The notes under the pieces were generated by a model. That model saw nothing but the letters and a program-made list of their open reading frames with translations, was not told the origin of the DNA and ran no database searches. Source: Patescibacteria group bacterium (GTDB taxonomy: Bacteria > Patescibacteriota > Minisyncoccia > Phycocordibacterales > GCA-2747955). Taken from it: a DNA stretch of 64,000 nt. Every line of letters starts with the position of its first letter. Positions within the stretch are counted from its first letter, which is position 1. Below are positions 59,370 through 64,000 of the stretch, piece after piece. A program made the position numbers and the translations under genes. The stretch covers positions 11,495 through 75,494 of the forward strand of contig JBLYPV010000001.1 in NCBI GenBank assembly GCA_048538215.1, written 5' to 3'.

Positions 59370-59528
59370 ATGTCGCAACTTATTGTCGGACTCTCACTTA
59401 TTATCCTCGGCTCACTTACTATGCTAGAGCATATTGGTGTAATAGAGATTATTGTTGGCTGGCGGTATATATCATCACTATTGGTGATAATCCTAGGAGT
59501 GTATCTCCTTATTCGTGCTAAAAAATAA
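59370..59528 (+). CDS. Small membrane protein (52 aa, 2 TM)
   Basis: MSQLIVGLSLIILGSLTMLEHIGVIEIIVGWRYISSLLVIILGVYLLIRAKK. It begins 4 nt after pyrG and is followed by the terminator at 59533-59566. Confidence 0.4.
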   Translation: MSQLIVGLSLIILGSLTMLEHIGVIEIIVGWRYISSLLVIILGVYLLIRAKK

Positions 59529-59532
59529 AAAT

Positions 59533-59566
59533 AAAGCTCGCTGGAATAGCGAGCTTTATTTTTATG
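59533..59566. terminator. Bidirectional terminator aaagctcgct ggaata gcgagcttt + T-run
   Basis: Seen directly between pyrG/small ORF (+) and the META-domain genes (-). Confidence 0.6.
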
Positions 59567-59587
59567 TAGTAGAGAATTGGTATTTTT

Positions 59588-60031
59588 TTAATACACACTA
59601 AATCTCATCAAAGCGCCAGTATTCGTATGTAATTCTAAATCTCCAGATTCATTTATTTGATAGCTAGCTATATTTTGAATATCATCAAGATAGATTTTTT
59701 CGAGAGTTTTTCCGCTGCAAGCCATTTCGGTCACCCCCAATTGTCCAATAGTAATATGAGTGTCATTAAGCTCGAATGAGCCAAAAGCAGTATTGCAATC
59801 AGTCCCCGTAGAGAATTGTCCATCAGCTAAAAAACGGACAAGAAAATCTTCGGGATTATGAGGAGCTCGGGTGTCTCCATTGCTATAGCTTGTTTGCTCC
59901 CACTGCCAGGAATGTGAAGTAAGAGGGTGATTGCTATTGGGATGTGAGATATCAATATATCCAGCTCCCTGGGCATACCACATACCCATACCTAAGATAA
60001 CAAAAATTCCCAAAATACTTAGCGCTTTCAT
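59588..60031 (-). CDS. Secreted META-domain (HslJ-like, DUF306) protein
   Basis: Signal peptide, then …FLADGQFSTGTDCNTAFGSFELNDTHITIGQLGVTEMACSG…, which resembles the META/HslJ domain. Confidence 0.5.
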   Translation of the reverse strand: MKALSILGIFVILGMGMWYAQGAGYIDISHPNSNHPLTSHSWQWEQTSYSNGDTRAPHNPEDFLVRFLADGQFSTGTDCNTAFGSFELNDTHITIGQLGVTEMACSGKTLEKIYLDDIQNIASYQINESGDLELHTNTGALMRFSVY

Positions 60032-60079
60032 ATACTATAGGGCTATTAGCTAATAAATAATAAAGGCAGAAATAAATTA

Positions 60080-60547
60080 TTATATTTCTGTTACAGGAGC
60101 AAAGTACATAATGGTACCATCGGCTGTTTCAAGCTCGAGTAGGCCTTCTGCATTAATGCGAGCATTATTTACTTGATTAAGATCGTCCAAGTATACTCGC
60201 TCTTGGATATCGCCAGCACAGGCCATTAAGGTAACAGCCATAGGGCCAAAGGTAATAGTTTCTCCATCAAGGGTGTATGAGCCGGAAGCGGTATTACAAT
60301 CAGTACCAGTAGAGAATTGCCCATCGGCAGTGAATCTTGATTCGAATAATTCAGGATGCTCTGAGATGACCTCATCTCCATTTTGGTAGACTGTGCTATC
60401 CCACTGCCAGCTCGTGTCTGCAAGACTTGGCCCTGTTTGATTGCTAAAGATGCCGATCTGATTTGTATAGGCATACCAGGTGCCAGCTCCTAAAGCGATT
60501 AGTAATACTAAAACTATAATTTTTTTCATATAGAAGTATTGTAGCAT
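60080..60547 (-). CDS. Secreted META-domain protein, tandem paralog
   Basis: …FTADGQFSTGTDCNTASGSYTLDGETITFGPMAVTLMACAG…. Highly similar to the neighbouring gene. Confidence 0.5.
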   Translation of the reverse strand: MLQYFYMKKIIVLVLLIALGAGTWYAYTNQIGIFSNQTGPSLADTSWQWDSTVYQNGDEVISEHPELFESRFTADGQFSTGTDCNTASGSYTLDGETITFGPMAVTLMACAGDIQERVYLDDLNQVNNARINAEGLLELETADGTIMYFAPVTEI

Positions 60548-60636
60548 TAATTTTACTCAACTTATACTCATAAAATATCGTATAATTAGCTAACTGGCTG
60601 GGTAGGTGGGCTTTTTGGATACAATAAAAAACTCTC

Positions 60637-60688
60637 CTTAGGAGAGGTGATTCGAGGGCTTCGGATGAGCCCTCGAATCGATGATTTA
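60637..60688 (-). terminator. Tandem hairpins (ttcgagggct…agccctcgaa, then ctctcc taa ggagag + T6) on the minus strand
   Basis: Lies immediately 3' of the minus-strand gene 60689..61417. Confidence 0.6.
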
Positions 60689-61417
60689 TCAACTTGGATG
60701 GAAGAGTAATCGAGCTTCTGCCCGAAATCCCTCGCCGGGCTTGAGTGATTTTTGCTCACCTTGTTTTCGCCCAGGATGCAGAAGCATCACCGCTAGGTAG
60801 CGTGCGATGTCTGTGGAGAATATTGCCCAGCACTCCCAATTGCTGGCATTCTCCACCTTGGTGACGCCACTTGCTGTACCAAGCTCAAGATACGCACTTG
60901 CTGTGGGCCAAAGCTCAGGAGGAGCGGACTCCTTGATGTCTGTCCAATCAATTAGGGCGCCTTTTTCATCCCGGAGGGTGAAATTTTGCCCATAAGTGGC
61001 GAGGTAGAATATCATAGCGAAATTGAGCGGTAGGGGATTTTCTTCATTGCCCTCATCTTTGTGCAAGATGGAGAAGCTATGCTCAAGCTCCTGCATATTC
61101 CCGTGAGCGGACTCACGAATTTGCTGGCAGAAGAGGGCAGGCCAATTCCACCTTTGATGAAAGGTAAATGAGCTGATCTCTCCCTGATCGCCCCGGCGAA
61201 AATTTGTGTGATCGGTGGGGCGAAGCTTTCGACTGCTCTCGTAGAGAGCAGTATCGAGGAGCTCCCCAGGGCTTGCTTCCCGCACGATGGGGTAGCAGAT
61301 GAGGCTCCCACCGTGCTTCCTCTCGTTATCGAGAGGATAGAGAATGGGCACGCCGGTGTGGCTCGTCCAGAGAGTGATCCGTCCGTTGGTCGGATCGATA
61401 TGATGATTAGTGCTCAT
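60689..61417 (-). CDS. Aldose-1-epimerase-fold-like protein (weak assignment). Noticeably higher GC than its surroundings.
   Basis: KHGGSLICYP… loosely resembles the HGG(I/V)P.C.PWFG region of D-hexose-6-phosphate mutarotases. Its codon usage is GC-rich (~50%+) against a ~40% background. Confidence 0.3.
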   Translation of the reverse strand: MSTNHHIDPTNGRITLWTSHTGVPILYPLDNERKHGGSLICYPIVREASPGELLDTALYESSRKLRPTDHTNFRRGDQGEISSFTFHQRWNWPALFCQQIRESAHGNMQELEHSFSILHKDEGNEENPLPLNFAMIFYLATYGQNFTLRDEKGALIDWTDIKESAPPELWPTASAYLELGTASGVTKVENASNWECWAIFSTDIARYLAVMLLHPGRKQGEQKSLKPGEGFRAEARLLFHPS

Positions 61418-61592
61418 CTGGCACTCCTCTTTTCTAATGTGCGATTTGACTGTAATGATACAATTATTTAATGAATAGTCAAGGTATTCGTAATATCAGA
61501 TTTATTTTAATCAAAGCTGTATTATACACATATAGTAATTTATATTAAAATTACATAGAAAAGTAGTAATTTTTTGATACAATGTTTGACAT

Positions 61593-61795
61593 TGCCAGAT
61601 GCGTCTTGTGGTAATGGCAATGGTTCTGGTCCCAAGCTTGAATCTAGCATCTAGGTACACGAACCGTCTCTCGAGAATGATACAATTTATATATTGCCAG
61701 ATCGTCTAATGGTAGGACGACCGGTTCTGGTCCCAAGCTTGAATCTAGCATCTAGGTACACGAACCGTCTCTCGAGAATGATACAATTTATATAT
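61593..61795 (+). repeat. Two tandem ~101-bp decayed copies of the tRNA-Gln unit (the 5' half is tRNA-like; the 3' half has diverged)
   Basis: Copy 2 (61695-61795) shares the first 39 nt exactly with the intact tRNA (tgccagatcgtctaatggtaggacgaccggttctggtcc). Copy 1 (61593-61694) is further degraded in the D-arm. Copies 1 and 2 share an identical tail. Each unit keeps the upstream gatacaat motif. Confidence 0.7.
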
Positions 61796-61866
61796 TGCCA
61801 GATCGTCTAATGGTAGGACGACCGGTTCTGGTCCGGTTAATCTAGGTTCGAGTCCTAGTCTGGCAG
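61796..61866 (+). tRNA. tRNA-Gln (anticodon CUG)
   Basis: UGCCAGA U CGUC UAAUGGUAG GACG ACCGG UUCUGGU CCGGU UAAU CUAGG UUCGAGU CCUAG UCUGGCA G. All stems pair, the anticodon loop is UUCUGGU, and CCA is not encoded. Confidence 0.8.
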
Positions 61867-62038
61867 CAAAAATAATATCATTGCATGAGTTTGTAAATGG
61901 CTCCCGTCTGGTAGCTTGTAGCAAAGCAAAAACACTCTAGTGAGTGTTTTTGCTTTGGAGATGTTGACCTTTGCCAACATCTCAGTGCTTATAACTTGAT
62001 CATTCTCTAATCAGATAAGCCCTCTATAATTTAGAGTA

Positions 62039-62191
62039 TTATCTTTTCTTTTTTGTAGCGGTCTTTTTGGCCTTAGATGATGCTCCAGTTGCAACACTTT
62101 TGGTCTTTGAAGCGGGCTTTTTATTTCTTGAAACACTAGGAGATTTTTTTGCCACCTTCTTAGATGCTTGCTTTGTATTTGCCATTTCCAT
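62039..62191 (-). CDS. Lys/Ala/Ser-rich small basic protein (50 aa), weakly supported
   Basis: MEMANTKQASKKVAKKSPSVSRNKKPASKTKSVATGASSKAKKTATKKKR. Its composition is histone-H1/Hc1-like. No clear SD is present. It is below the ORF-track cutoff. Confidence 0.3.
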   Translation of the reverse strand: MEMANTKQASKKVAKKSPSVSRNKKPASKTKSVATGASSKAKKTATKKKR

Positions 62192-62399
62192 GCAATTACT
62201 TTAATAATCACGACGCATGGTCGCTTAGACTGAATATACACTTTTTATTTTTTAATTCTATCTACTTTAATAACAATTTTTTGTAATCAAATAAATTATA
62301 TAGTGATGACAAAGTGGGCTTAAAATTTGATATAAAGAGCACTAATTTTGTTTTGAAGCAATCTAATTAGCGTACCTTACATAAATATATATTCGTAGT

Positions 62400-62580
62400 A
62401 TGAACAAAGATACCGTACAAATTAGAATTGATCGCAAGACTAAACAAGAGGCACGAAAAATCTTGGATCAATTAGGGATGATATGTCTATTGCAGTAAAG
62501 TCGTTTGTAAATAATGAGGGTATCGTCAGGAGATCCCCTTGGATCTCAAAACAAAAATGGATTTACTTTGGAGTAAGAAT
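62400..62580 (+). pseudogene. DinJ/RelB-like antitoxin remnant (frameshifted)
   Basis: MNKDTVQIRIDRKTKQEARKILDQLGM matches the DinJ N-terminus, then stops after 32 aa. The continuation (MSIAVKSFVNNEGI…) is in another frame. Confidence 0.5.
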
Positions 62581-62671
62581 GAGCCTTGCTGGAAGAAGTT
62601 GTAGATGGTAAAAAATGGAGAAAGGATTTGTGATATATAGATGCTCTTATGGCAGATGTAAATAATTAGAT

Positions 62672-62948
62672 ATGAAATATCAAGTGGTACGAACTGCTCG
62701 TTTTAAGAAAGCTTTTAAGCGCATTAAACAAATACAAGGATTGAAGGAAGAAATTTTTTAGAGGTTGCTACTACTCTTGGATCAGGAGAAAAACTAAGCT
62801 CACAGTATAGGGACCATAAACTTAATGCTAATTTCAAAAATTTAGAGAGTGCCCTCTAGTGCCAGATGTATTGTTGATTTATGAAATTGATGGAGAGATA
62901 TTGATCTCTACTCTTATTAATATTGGTGATCATAATCAGGTATCCTAA
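62672..62948 (+). pseudogene. YafQ/RelE-family toxin remnant (two frameshifts)
   Basis: Three frame segments (MKYQVVRTARFKKAFKRIKQ…EEIF; EVATTLGSGEKLSSQYRDHKLNANFKN; RECPLVPDVLLIYEIDGEILISTLINIGDHNQVS) together reconstruct a ~92-aa YafQ-like protein. Confidence 0.5.
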
Positions 62949-63056
62949 GGCCCATTAAAGTATTAGAGAGTGGTCTTATTATCTCTTGCCCTGTTCGCCA
63001 TCGAAGGGCTATTGGGGCAGGTATTACAAATAAAAATGTTATATAATAAATTTGTT

Positions 63057-63278
63057 ATGAGTGATAACAAAGACAAAAGAGGGAAGCCCGATAGCTATCT
63101 AATTAGCTTCAAGCAGAAGTATGAAGTTGATTATGCCGTCAAACAGCTACAGAAGCAGTTTGAAAATAAAACCAAAGAGCAAGTAACAAAAGCTCTAACA
63201 GATGCTGCTAAAACAGTAGACCCAAGTAGGGGGCGGGAAAGAATTATGAAGGAGGCTCGCAAGAATTTGCGCACATAG
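63057..63278 (+). CDS. DUF3606-like small protein
   Basis: MSDNKDKRGKPDSYLISFKQKYEVDYAVKQL…VTKALTDAAKTVDPSRGRERIMKEARKNL resembles the DUF3606 pattern (…DR.RI…EDYEV.YW.KK.GVS…L..AV..VG…). A TATAAT precedes it. The ORF-track start at 62970 is replaced by the Met at 63057, with a TATAAT 13 nt upstream. Confidence 0.4.
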   Translation: MSDNKDKRGKPDSYLISFKQKYEVDYAVKQLQKQFENKTKEQVTKALTDAAKTVDPSRGRERIMKEARKNLRT

Positions 63279-63334
63279 CTATCGATAAATAAAGCTATAA
63301 CAAAAAAATACTTGCTTATAGTATAATAGGTACT

Positions 63335-63862
63335 ATGAAAGTATCACATTTTATTTTTGGAATCGGAATATCGCTATGGGCTATTCCGATGGCGTTTTCT
63401 TCAGATGTTTTTTTGCATATCATTGTTGCCTCTGCGCAAGATTATGAATGCAACATTTACTCCACTAATGCCGTAGGATGTGAAGCATATGCAGATATCA
63501 AGTACAACTGTCTTTTTCCGGATGAATTAAATGAAATACGCACTGCTGAAGCAAAGACGGGGGCATATACCTATCCAGATTTTTGCTTGGTTACCTGCGC
63601 TGAACAAAGCGGAATTCCTCAAGGATGCAGAGCTGGAAGAGTAGGTATCGCTCAAGTAGGTGTAGCAGAAGTAGACATAGTTGTCTCGGAAGATAGAGCT
63701 CTGCCTCAGGTTGATCCAGAGGAGAAAACTATTATAGAAAATGCTTATCAAGGAGCTAAGCTCGCACTTGATAGATTTTGGAAATGGCTTAAGAGGGTGA
63801 GTGCTGGCGATACATTTGAATTGGAGCCCATGAGTACTCCTGTTGCTGGCGTGCGGGGCTAG
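63335..63862 (+). CDS. Secreted Cys-containing hypothetical protein (175 aa)
   Basis: Signal peptide (MKVSHFIFGIGISLWAIPMAFS), 8 Cys, no family recognised. Confidence 0.4.
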   Translation: MKVSHFIFGIGISLWAIPMAFSSDVFLHIIVASAQDYECNIYSTNAVGCEAYADIKYNCLFPDELNEIRTAEAKTGAYTYPDFCLVTCAEQSGIPQGCRAGRVGIAQVGVAEVDIVVSEDRALPQVDPEEKTIIENAYQGAKLALDRFWKWLKRVSAGDTFELEPMSTPVAGVRG

Positions 63863-64000
63863 ATTTAGATCCTCGTTTGAAATCGAGAATAAAGAGTATA
63901 TTTTTTTCTTCAGTAATCCACATTTACATATATACCCTATGGGGGTATACTAGGTATATGAAAGTAGGAATCAAAAAGCAGGTAAGTAATCGTATCAATC

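Noticed and set aside
61593-61866. Tandem ~101-bp repeats considered as a CRISPR array or an intron-containing tRNA
   Set aside because: The period is too long and the 'repeats' are tRNA 5' halves with promoter motifs. No Cas genes are present. The insertion after the anticodon loop is not an intron, because the third copy is a complete uninterrupted tRNA and copies 1 and 2 lack any 3' half.
62011-62241. ORF-track CDS of 76 aa on the minus strand
   Set aside because: Its composition is poor. The same DNA holds a more convincing Lys-rich 50-aa frame, itself low-confidence.
1-64000. Possibility of an alternative genetic code (UGA recoding, as in some small-genome lineages)
   Set aside because: Long conserved genes (gyrA, ftsH, lepA, pyrG, pilB) are read end-to-end with the standard code with no internal TGA required, so code 11 is adequate.

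Overview
This is a 64 kb chromosomal segment of a small, AT-leaning bacterial genome, by eye roughly 40-45% GC, read with the standard genetic code. Long ORFs are uninterrupted, so there is no sign of stop-codon reassignment. Several traits suggest a reduced-genome, possibly CPR-like organism: rpoA encodes the N-terminal domain only, RF2 is compact with no programmed frameshift, PheS/PheT/HisS are short, and there are many small Sec-signal membrane proteins. Housekeeping content includes the C-terminal part of phosphoketolase overlapping acetate kinase, tmRNA with smpB nearby, ftsH, a short Rel, pheS-pheT, ndk, rpsA, gyrA, lepA, ftsA, rpsU, hisS, lepB and pth. It also includes the ribosomal block infA-rpmJ-rpsM-rpsK-rpsD-rpoA-rplQ and rplM-rpsI, tRNA-Ile, murD-murC, ftsE-ftsX, pyrG and tRNA-Gln. 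The most unusual locus lies at about 33.6-43.3 kb. It is a co-oriented array of seven secreted two-helix TrbC/VirB2-like pilin candidates, one of them fused to a ~380-aa Cys-rich ectodomain. Directly downstream are PilN/PilO-like proteins, PilB and PilT ATPases and an ATP-cone-nuclease fusion. Other accessory or odd features are listed here.
- An ncRNA-rich intergenic region lies around the tmRNA.
- An alkyltransferase-like (PWHR) gene sits between two HD-phosphohydrolase paralogs.
- A PaaX-like regulator is bracketed by identical 26-bp palindromes.
- tRNA-Gln is tandemly triplicated, with two decayed copies.
- A frameshifted DinJ/YafQ toxin-antitoxin relic follows.
- A GC-rich, probably horizontally acquired gene lies near the right end.
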